Shown piece by piece: positions 1 through 7,607 of a stretch of DNA of 34,222 bases. Position 1 is the first letter of the stretch. Each line of letters begins with the position of its first letter. Source of the DNA: a virus (taxonomy: Duplodnaviria; Heunggongvirae; Uroviricota; Caudoviricetes); IMG/VR virus record IMGVR_UViG_3300023179_000049; one strand, 5' to 3'. The position numbers and the translations under genes are program-made. The notes beneath the pieces are model-generated. The model had not been told where the DNA came from. It made no database searches and saw nothing but the letters and a program-made list of their open reading frames with translations.

Positions 1-298
1 TAAGAACAATTACAGGTGCCATGATCTTATCATTATTATCTCTTAAATATCCTTGAGTTTGAACTCCGCTCCATTTTTCTGGTGTAGCAAATAATACAGG
101 TACTTTTTTAGCTCCTTGATTAGTGTTTATTTGAACTTGAATAACGTTCTCTAAATGCCATTTAATTGCAGCATCAACATCATACAGTCCAATTTTAACT
201 GCACGCAAATTTTCGTTGTTAGCAACTTGATTTACACGTACATCTGGATTAATATTATCTCTGTATTGATTTTGTTTTTTTGTAATTTGCTTAGCCAT
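1..298 (-). CDS. Tail terminator/completion protein (T4 gp15-like), truncated by the window edge
   Basis: Not in the ORF track. Hand translation from ATG at 298 stays open to the edge: MAKQITKKQNQYRDN...KVPVLFATPEKWSGVQTQGYLRDNNDKIMAPVIVL. It follows the gp13- and gp14-like genes. Confidence 0.65.
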   Translation of the reverse strand, partial: MAKQITKKQNQYRDNINPDVRVNQVANNENLRAVKIGLYDVDAAIKWHLENVIQVQINTNQGAKKVPVLFATPEKWSGVQTQGYLRDNNDKIMAPVIVL

Positions 299-302
299 TT
301 AG

Positions 303-827
303 TTAAATATTTAAAGGTAAATCATAATCTTGATTATTGATACCATAGTTTAAATCTAATAATTGAAGTTGCGATTCTCTTACTTGATGCCCATTACACA
401 TAAATGATAAACTCCCACCGAAATCATTACCCTTTACCCATGTATCAGGATTTTTTCCAGCAAAGTATTGATTTTCTGTAGTATTGTCAATCTCGTAATA
501 TTTATCATCCCAATTAATAATATCGCCAATTTCCGGTACGATATTTAATGTTAACATTGTATCTCTTAAAATATAAAACTCAATAGCTACCATTGCATCA
601 ATACCGGCATCTGTTTGAACTGCATCATTAGGACTTCTGCTAATATAAATAGGTGTTCTTACTGGCTGATAATATACTTTAGAAATTCCTTCTCCGTATA
701 AATTAACACGAGATTGATCTAAGACGAATTTATAATATCCGACTTCTGTATCTACTAGTTTATAAACAAGCTCTCTGTTAAATTTCGTTACTAAAGAATA
801 ATCACGAGCTGAACCAAATAATGACAT
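303..827 (-). CDS. Neck/head-completion protein (T4 gp14-like)
   Basis: NLYGE motif and GDIINWDDKYYEIDNTTENQYF; lies downstream of the gp13-like gene. Confidence 0.65.
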   Translation of the reverse strand: MSLFGSARDYSLVTKFNRELVYKLVDTEVGYYKFVLDQSRVNLYGEGISKVYYQPVRTPIYISRSPNDAVQTDAGIDAMVAIEFYILRDTMLTLNIVPEIGDIINWDDKYYEIDNTTENQYFAGKNPDTWVKGNDFGGSLSFMCNGHQVRESQLQLLDLNYGINNQDYDLPLNI

Positions 828-828
828 T

Positions 829-1191
829 TTATTTTCTTTCTATTAATTGTATTGTATCTTCTCTTGCAATAAGACCGACTAGTCCATATACTTTATACTT
901 ACCAGTATCTCCTAATCCTTTTGTTGCCGTTTCTCTAATATCATTTAAAGAATCTAAAGGCGTTTCTTTATATGATAAAAACTTTATTTTTAATTGAGCA
1001 TAATCATATAACTCGTTACTTCGCTTCTCAATAAAATCAGAATGCTTTGGCTGTGCAGTAACAATATATGGTATTGCTCTTATTTCATCGTATGCATCTG
1101 ATAATTTAGTTCTTTCCTTTTTTATTTTTACAATTGCCATGCATTCGTAAAAGTCTAAAGATTCTTCTTTAAGTATAATTTTATGTTTCAT
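829..1191 (-). CDS. Hypothetical protein, possible head-internal protein
   Basis: 120 aa ORF packed tightly between the neck genes; N-terminus MKHKIILKE ends in an LxE motif. Confidence 0.7.
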   Translation of the reverse strand: MKHKIILKEESLDFYECMAIVKIKKERTKLSDAYDEIRAIPYIVTAQPKHSDFIEKRSNELYDYAQLKIKFLSYKETPLDSLNDIRETATKGLGDTGKYKVYGLVGLIAREDTIQLIERK

Positions 1192-1200
1192 ATAATATCT

Positions 1201-1239
1201 TTAATTTTTTTCTTTACCGCATATTTTACATACTATCAT
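1201..1239 (-). pseudogene. 12-codon mini-ORF MIVCKICGKEKN, possible remnant of a CxxC zinc-finger gene
   Basis: ATGA overlap with the gp13-like stop; a CxxC motif is followed by an early TAA. Confidence 0.3.
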
Positions 1240-2441
1240 ACGCAACAAAATAATAAAGAAAATAAAAATGGAATTATTCCGCCCACATAAATTTTTAATG
1301 GTATCTTGTTTAATGTTGTTTGCACGGCATCATTCTCTGCTTGTTGCTTTTCAAGTTGAGCTTGACGCGATACTTTATCTAATGCTCCACGTAAATCAGT
1401 AACTAATGTAGTTTGGTTTTCACGTCCTTGAGTTACTAAATCAGCTCCGTTCATACGAATCTCTGCATTAGGAATAGGAATTGAATCGTACTTATTACGA
1501 ACATTACCTAATGTTTCCGTTGCTAATGCTAACGTATATTTTAAAATCCATTGCTTTCCTACATCATTAACATCTCCGTATTGTATTTTATTAAATGGAG
1601 CATTACTCATATCAGAAACTACTCCTGATGTAGTAATATTGTCTATAGCATTTCTATCTGATTCTACTATATATTGAAAGTATAGTATAAAATTATAAGT
1701 AGGAATAGGAAATAGTTTTAATTGATTATTGATTAATTCAAATGTATAAGAACTTCTTCTTATCATATCATTAAATTCAATTGCTTGTAATCTTAATAAA
1801 TCAGAATACATTGGCATCATTAAAAATGATACTCCTGGAGAATAACTACCCCAACCAAAAGATTGAAGCATTTGTTGCGTACCCATACCAGTTCCTACAA
1901 ACGGGTCAAAGTATCTTACAATAGCAGGAGGTCCATCATGAAATATTCTTTTAATCTCAATATCTTCATTAGGATGAACTACATCTCTAAATAATGTATT
2001 GATATTATAATTTTGTTGCCCTGAATAACAAGATAAACTTCCTGTTCTCCATGTTATTCTTCCTCCAACGCCAGCTTCACTTCCATATTCTTTAGATAAT
2101 TGAAGAGTACGTCCTAAGTTTGGAGCAATATTCTTTTGAGATAAATTTGAATTAGAGTTATAAGCACTTCCTTGAAGATTAATAAAATTATCTACGATAT
2201 TATATTCATTAATGATATTTCCAAATTCTGATGTAGCTTGCTCAAAACAAGCAAAGAAAGACCCAGATTGAAGTTCTACGTCCATCATAGGATATCCTAA
2301 TCGTCTTGCACAAAAATCTGCTACTTTTGGAGCATCAAGTTGAAACTGAAAATCATAATCAAAATACCCGAAAGGAGTATCTCCGGGAGAAAATGTACAA
2401 TTACCTGTCCAAATTGGAATATCTATTGTTAATCCATTCAT
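1236..2441 (-). CDS. Neck protein (T4 gp13-like)
   Basis: RLGYPMMDVEL near the N-terminus; WILKYTLALATETLGNVRNKYDSIPIPNAEIRMNG resembles the gp13 C-terminal region; synteny with gp14/gp15. Confidence 0.72.
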   Translation of the reverse strand: MNGLTIDIPIWTGNCTFSPGDTPFGYFDYDFQFQLDAPKVADFCARRLGYPMMDVELQSGSFFACFEQATSEFGNIINEYNIVDNFINLQGSAYNSNSNLSQKNIAPNLGRTLQLSKEYGSEAGVGGRITWRTGSLSCYSGQQNYNINTLFRDVVHPNEDIEIKRIFHDGPPAIVRYFDPFVGTGMGTQQMLQSFGWGSYSPGVSFLMMPMYSDLLRLQAIEFNDMIRRSSYTFELINNQLKLFPIPTYNFILYFQYIVESDRNAIDNITTSGVVSDMSNAPFNKIQYGDVNDVGKQWILKYTLALATETLGNVRNKYDSIPIPNAEIRMNGADLVTQGRENQTTLVTDLRGALDKVSRQAQLEKQQAENDAVQTTLNKIPLKIYVGGIIPFLFSLLFCCV

Positions 2442-2457
2442 TATTATTCGTCTTTAT

Positions 2458-2467
2458 TATAATTATG
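2458..2467 (-). promoter_or_regulatory. Putative late-promoter motif (CATAATTATA)
   Basis: Matches the recurring NATAWTTATA motif, 16 nt upstream of the gp13-like start. Confidence 0.45.
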
Positions 2468-2499
2468 TAGGATCACAAGTTGATACTATAATTACGTAC

Positions 2500-2787
2500 T
2501 TATATATGCTCGTACGTAGCCTTTAAATTAAATTCATTAGAATTTTGTAATTCGTTAATCACATATATTTCTAATGCATCTATTAATTTAGAGTATGGGT
2601 CTGTAATTTCTTCTTTATATATTAATGTATTTTTATCAATATCATATCGAAGAATTGTATGATTACCAATAACCACTTCTAAGTTAATTGCCCCTTTATA
2701 TTCTAAACGAGGAATTAATGTTACTAAAGGTGATTCACAAATTAATTCTGATGGGAGTTTATAATATCCCGTTACTTGTATTGCCAT
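2500..2787 (-). CDS. Hypothetical protein, possible fibre-assembly factor
   Basis: 95 aa ORF directly after the fibre gene; function inferred from position only. Confidence 0.6.
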   Translation of the reverse strand: MAIQVTGYYKLPSELICESPLVTLIPRLEYKGAINLEVVIGNHTILRYDIDKNTLIYKEEITDPYSKLIDALEIYVINELQNSNEFNLKATYEHI

Positions 2788-2802
2788 GTTATTTATTATT
2801 TA

Positions 2803-4569
2803 TTAAATTAGTCTTTCTATAACTACAGACCCACTAGCAGGCCCTACTGTTTGTATAAATGTTGCTCTGTATAATCTTCCTCTATCTTGATCTTGGATAT
2901 GAGATGTTATTGTATCTCCACCGCTACCTAACGCTGCTGATGTTAATACTGACCAGCTTCCTGTTGTAAATATAGCGCCGGTATTAACACTACTTGATAT
3001 AGCAGAACCAGCTACGGAAGATATTGCACTATAAAATACATTTACACTTCCACTTACTGAACTTGCCACCGGATTACCGCTAGATGATATTGCTACACGA
3101 ATATTATCAAATGATGCTGAGTTAGTAAATCTTGTTACATTATATCCTGTTACATTTCTAGTTACTGGTATTGCTCCGTTAATTGTTACAACACCACTTC
3201 CGCTTACCTCAAATATACTAGCAGAACCAGGTGCATCAATTTTAAATAACGAACTACTAGCAATTGTACCGGATATATGTAACCAAGCGCTTGGAGTAGT
3301 TGTATTTAAACCAAAAAATCCTTGAGTTGAAAATCTAGCTATTTCACCTGTACCCCACGTTCCTAAAGCAAATACAATAGGTCTTGTATTTGTTCCTTGA
3401 AAACGAATACCAGTTGCAGCTTCAAATCCAAATTTTCCTCTGTTACCTGCAAAGTCAATATAAGCGTCTGTAGATGTTCCATTACCCATGTTTATTATTT
3501 GTCCTGTACCAAATACATCTAATTTTACAGCAGGTGTTGATGTTCCTATACCTACGTTACCACTACTACTAACAAATAATATATTTGAAGATGCTGGGGA
3601 ATCTATTTTTAATAGTGCAGAGTTTGATGACCCTGATATGTGAAGTGATGCTGACGGTGTAATTGTTCCAATACCAACGCTGCCGCTATCCTTAAGCATA
3701 GTTATATAAGTAATACCACCAGTTCCTTTAATAGATAAATCTGCACCATTAGTTGAAATATTATTAATTTGAGATGTCGTACCAAAGAATGTGCTACTAG
3801 CTCTTATAGAGCCAACAACATCTAATGTTACACTAGGTGTTGATGTTCCTATACCTACGTTACCACTACTACTAACAAATAACGTATTTGTTCCTATTAA
3901 TAGTTGAGTATTATTAGAGCTAGATACAGTTAAAGAACCAGTTATAGTTTGATTTCCAATAAATGTATTACTACCGGTTGTTGCAAACGAACCCGTTTTA
4001 TTGTTTATAGAGCTCGTAAATGAATTAAATGAGCTAGTAGTTGTAAAACTTGATGTACTAGAGTTTAACACATAAGGAGCTAACATTGAACCCGTACCGC
4101 TTGTTAGTTGGTAGTTAGGAGCAAATGATGCTGTTAAAGCATAGGATGAACTTACCGCTTGCAGTACATATGAAGCACTTTGTGCATTTTGAACGTAAGA
4201 AGCAGTATTTGCTAGAAGAGTGTATGAGGAGGTAGTTGTTAATAGATCTTGGTTAGGATTATATCTTAAACCTCCATCTACTTGAATAAATCCTGGTCCT
4301 GATGTATCTACAAATAGTACGTTATGTTGTAAGTTCTGTGTGGATATACTAGTTGATACTTGAAGTGCAAAAGAAGCTGTTTGTGCAAATGAGCTACTTA
4401 CAGCCCTTGAACTACTTACTGCATTTAATACATAAGATGCGCTTGTTGCTGTTCCATTTAAATTTCCATTTATACTTCCCGTAACAGTTAAACTTCCACT
4501 AATACTAGCATTTAATCCAATATTTAAGTTATCTTGTACGTCTAAAGTTGTTCGTATATTATATGACAT
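2803..4569 (-). CDS. Tail fibre-like virion protein
   Basis: Ser/Thr/Gly-rich; repeated G(N/S)VGIGT-x-TP units, ASYV/ASFA repeats and a TGSFATTGSNTFIGNQTITGS module. Confidence 0.7.
   Translation of the reverse strand: MSYNIRTTLDVQDNLNIGLNASISGSLTVTGSINGNLNGTATSASYVLNAVSSSRAVSSSFAQTASFALQVSTSISTQNLQHNVLFVDTSGPGFIQVDGGLRYNPNQDLLTTTSSYTLLANTASYVQNAQSASYVLQAVSSSYALTASFAPNYQLTSGTGSMLAPYVLNSSTSSFTTTSSFNSFTSSINNKTGSFATTGSNTFIGNQTITGSLTVSSSNNTQLLIGTNTLFVSSSGNVGIGTSTPSVTLDVVGSIRASSTFFGTTSQINNISTNGADLSIKGTGGITYITMLKDSGSVGIGTITPSASLHISGSSNSALLKIDSPASSNILFVSSSGNVGIGTSTPAVKLDVFGTGQIINMGNGTSTDAYIDFAGNRGKFGFEAATGIRFQGTNTRPIVFALGTWGTGEIARFSTQGFFGLNTTTPSAWLHISGTIASSSLFKIDAPGSASIFEVSGSGVVTINGAIPVTRNVTGYNVTRFTNSASFDNIRVAISSSGNPVASSVSGSVNVFYSAISSVAGSAISSSVNTGAIFTTGSWSVLTSAALGSGGDTITSHIQDQDRGRLYRATFIQTVGPASGSVVIERLI
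3532..3882. repeat. Exact 48-bp direct repeat (3532-3579 and 3835-3882) inside the fibre gene
   Basis: aggtgttgatgttcctatacctacgttaccactactactaacaaataa occurs twice, 303 bp apart and in frame (LFVSSSGNVGIGTSTP). Confidence 0.9.
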
Positions 4570-4587
4570 ATTATTTGTTTTCTTTTA

Positions 4588-5052
4588 TTATTTTGTAAAT
4601 CCACGTATTATAGTATCTACTGTGTAACTAGAACCGGTATTAAAATTTTGAGCAACTATATATATAATAGGAGGCTCTTGTGGTTGTAAAAGTCCAGCTG
4701 GGCCAATTATTATATTATCTCTTATTTCAGTATTGCCGCTCGGATATACTACGTTATCTATTAATGTAACTGTTATCTGAGCTAGATCACCATAATAATT
4801 TCCAACTACATACGCAGTTAAAATAGAAAATACTTCTGTATTATTATTTTTTACATATACATCTGCTATTAATCCAAAATATTTTGTAGTGTCAAATTCA
4901 AATAATAAAGATTCGTATGGTAGGATTTGTACACCGGGTGGTGGGATCGGCGCAACCGGTAACGTAATAAACGAGCCAGATTGTGTTTGTAATACGGGAG
5001 AACTAACTATAGGTGTTTTTATTGATCCTGCTGATATAATTGTTTGTGCCAT
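4588..5052 (-). CDS. Hypothetical protein in the fibre cluster
   Basis: 154 aa ORF co-oriented and tightly spaced between two fibre-like genes. Confidence 0.65.
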   Translation of the reverse strand: MAQTIISAGSIKTPIVSSPVLQTQSGSFITLPVAPIPPPGVQILPYESLLFEFDTTKYFGLIADVYVKNNNTEVFSILTAYVVGNYYGDLAQITVTLIDNVVYPSGNTEIRDNIIIGPAGLLQPQEPPIIYIVAQNFNTGSSYTVDTIIRGFTK

Positions 5053-5066
5053 TATTGTTATTATTT

Positions 5067-5990
5067 TTAAGAATTCATAATAATTTCATCAGATGCTATT
5101 ATCGTCGATGTGCCTGTTGAAGAATCCGTAAGTACAAAATTACCGTCTGTATTTATAGTTATTGTTGTATTGCCTCTAATAATTTGAAATGTTCCATCAT
5201 TTCCTACGTTAATATATACAGAACCTGATATAGTTTGATTTCCAATAAATATATTACTGCCTGTAGTTGCAAACGAACCCGTTTTATTATTAATAGAGCT
5301 TGTAAAACTATTAAAAGATGATGTAGTTACAAAAGAACCCGTTTTATTATTAATAGAGCTTGTAAAACTATTAAAAGATGATGTAGTTGCAAACGAACCC
5401 GTGTTACTTAATAATAAATAATTGGGAGCAAAAGAGGCTGTATTAGCAAATGATGCTGTTCCAAATAATGATCCTGTAAATGAGGGAGCTTCTATTCCTC
5501 TAGGAGCTAGTAATCTACCATCATTTCTAAATTCCCATAAATTAAATAGTGAGCTTGAGTGTGCTGCTATATATACACCATAATCCTCTACTACAAGAGA
5601 AGATGATTCATTATATGATAGTAATTCAACAAATCCATCCGGCGCTCCTGCTACAATATCAATATATCCAGGATAGGTATTGCCGTAATAAGTTGACGTT
5701 ATTCGAGATCCACTATTAAATATTATTGAACCTGTTATAGTTTGATTACCTATAAACGTATTTGAACCAGTTGTTGCAAACGATCCTGTATCAATTGAAG
5801 AACCTCCCCCGCCAGTACCTGGCGGGCCAACAGGGCCTTGAGGACCAGGTGTATTTACTTGAATTACATTGGTATTTGTTTGAGGAATAGATACAGTAGT
5901 ATTTTTATTATTATCTGTTACAGATATTTCTTGATTTATATCTTGAATTGATACTGTATTGTTTTCTGTATTAATATTTACTGTAGACAT
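5067..5990 (-). CDS. Fibre-like virion protein with a short collagen-like segment
   Basis: GPQGPVGPPG triplets; TGSFATTGSN(T/I)FIGNQTI(T/S)GS twice; tandem 20-aa repeats. Confidence 0.68.
   Translation of the reverse strand: MSTVNINTENNTVSIQDINQEISVTDNNKNTTVSIPQTNTNVIQVNTPGPQGPVGPPGTGGGGSSIDTGSFATTGSNTFIGNQTITGSIIFNSGSRITSTYYGNTYPGYIDIVAGAPDGFVELLSYNESSSLVVEDYGVYIAAHSSSLFNLWEFRNDGRLLAPRGIEAPSFTGSLFGTASFANTASFAPNYLLLSNTGSFATTSSFNSFTSSINNKTGSFVTTSSFNSFTSSINNKTGSFATTGSNIFIGNQTISGSVYINVGNDGTFQIIRGNTTITINTDGNFVLTDSSTGTSTIIASDEIIMNS
5271..5390. repeat. Two 60-bp tandem repeat units (58/60 identical), coding
   Basis: Units 5271-5330 and 5331-5390 encode (A/V)TTSSFNSFTSSINNKTGSF. Confidence 0.9.
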
Positions 5991-6385
5991 TATACTGTTA
6001 CTTGTTTACTTAAGTTAACTTGACCCTCTAATAATCTTACCGTGTACGGGCAATTACTTCCCGAATAAATTTCTAAATCATATCTTGCTGTTACAAATGT
6101 AAGAGCAGAAGAAGTACATGCTGCAATATAAATTCCAATAGAACCACTTGTAGGTGGTTTAGTACTTCTGCTGCCACTAAAATTTAAGCCAGTCCCGTCA
6201 GAATTTAACGAGCTAGATAAAGTTAAGTATGTAGTAGGAGTATTATCAGCAAAGTTAGATCTAATCATCATTCTCCCAGAATATCCCGTTAAATCTACGG
6301 GCTTATTATTAGAGTCTTTATATTGAATTTCAAAATCTACTGTTGCTCCTTGTTCTATTGTAAAGTTATATTTACCGGCTGCCAT
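5990..6385 (-). CDS. Conserved virion structural protein (BppU-N-like fold suspected)
   Basis: FTIEQGAT...PVDLTGYSGRMMIR...ARYDLEI...RLLEGQV pattern, often seen upstream of phage fibre genes. Confidence 0.6.
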   Translation of the reverse strand: MAAGKYNFTIEQGATVDFEIQYKDSNNKPVDLTGYSGRMMIRSNFADNTPTTYLTLSSSLNSDGTGLNFSGSRSTKPPTSGSIGIYIAACTSSALTFVTARYDLEIYSGSNCPYTVRLLEGQVNLSKQVTV

Positions 6386-6402
6386 AATTATAGTTTCTTT
6401 AA

Positions 6403-6412
6403 TATAATTATG
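6403..6412 (-). promoter_or_regulatory. Putative late-promoter motif (CATAATTATA)
   Basis: 17 nt upstream of the 6385 start, directly after a terminator-like hairpin. Confidence 0.5.
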
Positions 6413-6422
6413 TATATACAGT

Positions 6423-6454
6423 AAAATAGTCCCAATATCACTACTAAGACTATT
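6423..6454 (-). terminator. Probable intrinsic terminator
   Basis: RNA AAUAGUCUUAGUA-GUGA-UAUUGGGACUAUU forms a 13-bp stem with G-U pairs and a GNRA loop, ending in a short U run. Confidence 0.55.
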
Positions 6455-6456
6455 CT

Positions 6457-6600
6457 TTATTTTTTAATTAATTCTATTGAAGCTGTCGTTTGTGGTATAA
6501 ATGCTCGTGCATATGGATTAGAATAGACTCTGCCCAACTCAAATCCTTGACTTTTCATTTCATCTAAAGCTTTTTGAAGCTTTTCATCTGTTATAAACAT
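6457..6600 (-). CDS. Small hypothetical protein (47 aa), missing from the ORF track
   Basis: MFITDEKLQKALDEMKSQGFELGRVYSNPYARAFIPQTTASIELIKK; overlaps the upstream ORF by 10 nt and ends just before the terminator. Confidence 0.55.
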   Translation of the reverse strand: MFITDEKLQKALDEMKSQGFELGRVYSNPYARAFIPQTTASIELIKK

Positions 6601-6761
6601 TCTACTTCTTTTATATAGTTAATGATATATTCTTTATTTTCTCCGGCAAGATTTTGAAAATACTCATTAATATATTCTAATCCAGGTCTTTGAATCTTCA
6701 ACATAACCAATCTTCCGTCTATTGTTAGACTAATCTCATACTTTTTAATTACCGTACTCAT
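6591..6761 (-). CDS. Small hypothetical protein (56 aa), missing from the ORF track
   Basis: MSTVIKKYEISLTIDGRLVMLKIQRPGLEYINEYFQNLAGENKEYIINYIKEVECL; overlaps the phoH end by 17 nt. Confidence 0.55.
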   Translation of the reverse strand: MSTVIKKYEISLTIDGRLVMLKIQRPGLEYINEYFQNLAGENKEYIINYIKEVECL

Positions 6762-7413
6762 AATCTAATATCTTACCAACTAAATCACTACGATGATTTT
6801 CTTTTAACTTTATCCACTTAATTTCTTCTATTTTTTTAGATAATTCAATTGCATAAGTAAGCCCGTTTACTTGACCGTCTGGAGTTCTAATATCGCTTTG
6901 CTCATTATCGCCATTTATAACAATTTTACCTGTTTTTCCTAATCTAGTTAAAAGAGCTAACATTTCTCCTTTAGTTAAGTTTTGAGCTTCTTCAACTATA
7001 AGAATATCATCCATTGTTTTGCCTCTTACAAATTGCACAGGCATTGCTTTTATTTTTTCCTGCTCAATTAATTTTGCTACCTCTGTTTTATCAACGCAAC
7101 ATTTATTTAAGTTTTCTATTAAAGCTTCTAAATACGGGTCAAATTTATCTTTTAAATCTCCAGGTAAATATCCAAAAGTTCTTCCAACTTCCACGGCTGC
7201 TCTAGTGTTATAAATACATTCGATTTGTTTTTTCTTTAAGAAGTCTAAAGCAGCTTGAGCACATACTAAACTTTTACCACTACCAGCTCTTCCGGTAACA
7301 ACTACTATTTGATTTTCTACAATTAATCTTTTAGCTTCTTTTTGCTCTTCGTTTAATTGAACAGCACTAATTGCTTTAATTTCTGTTTTACGTTGACGAT
7401 TTGGATCTTTCAT
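6745..7413 (-). CDS. phoH: PhoH-family ATPase
   Basis: Walker A GRAGSGKS, GYLPGDLKDKFDPY, FVRGKT, EEAQN, LTRLGK, GDNEQSD. Start moved to 7413 (MKDPN) because the promoter-like motif overlaps the longer start at 7443. Confidence 0.92.
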   Translation of the reverse strand: MKDPNRQRKTEIKAISAVQLNEEQKEAKRLIVENQIVVVTGRAGSGKSLVCAQAALDFLKKKQIECIYNTRAAVEVGRTFGYLPGDLKDKFDPYLEALIENLNKCCVDKTEVAKLIEQEKIKAMPVQFVRGKTMDDILIVEEAQNLTKGEMLALLTRLGKTGKIVINGDNEQSDIRTPDGQVNGLTYAIELSKKIEEIKWIKLKENHRSDLVGKILDYEYGN

Positions 7414-7431
7414 ATTTATAACTAAATTTAA

Positions 7432-7441
7432 TATAAATATC
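7432..7441 (-). promoter_or_regulatory. Putative promoter motif (GATATTTATA)
   Basis: 18 nt upstream of the phoH ATG at 7413. Confidence 0.45.
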
Positions 7442-7557
7442 ATTCGTTGTTAAAAAGTATAAGCACACTTATACACTAATATTTTTCGTACTCTATATAA
7501 GAATACCAGTTTATAATAAAAGTTCGTATACGATAAGATTTTGGGGCATATGAACAT

Positions 7558-7584
7558 AAAAAAAGACGGAATTTCTTCCGTCTT
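7558..7584 (-). terminator. Intrinsic terminator after the major capsid gene
   Basis: AAGACGGAA-GAAA-UUCCGUCUU 9-bp stem with GNRA loop, followed by a U run. Confidence 0.85.
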
Positions 7585-7607
7585 CTTCTATTTTATTTTA
7601 TTTAGAA

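Noticed and set aside
5271-5390. 60-bp tandem repeats as a CRISPR array or DGR template/variable pair
   Set aside because: The units are contiguous, in frame and spacerless. No cas or reverse transcriptase gene is in the window, and the two differences are too few to suggest adenine-directed mutagenesis.
7457-7533. GTATAAG-TGTG-CTTATAC hairpin with T run, and palindrome TCGTATACGA, between capsid and phoH
   Set aside because: The stem is weak and AT-rich and the 10-bp palindrome can arise by chance. It could be a backup terminator but is not supportable.
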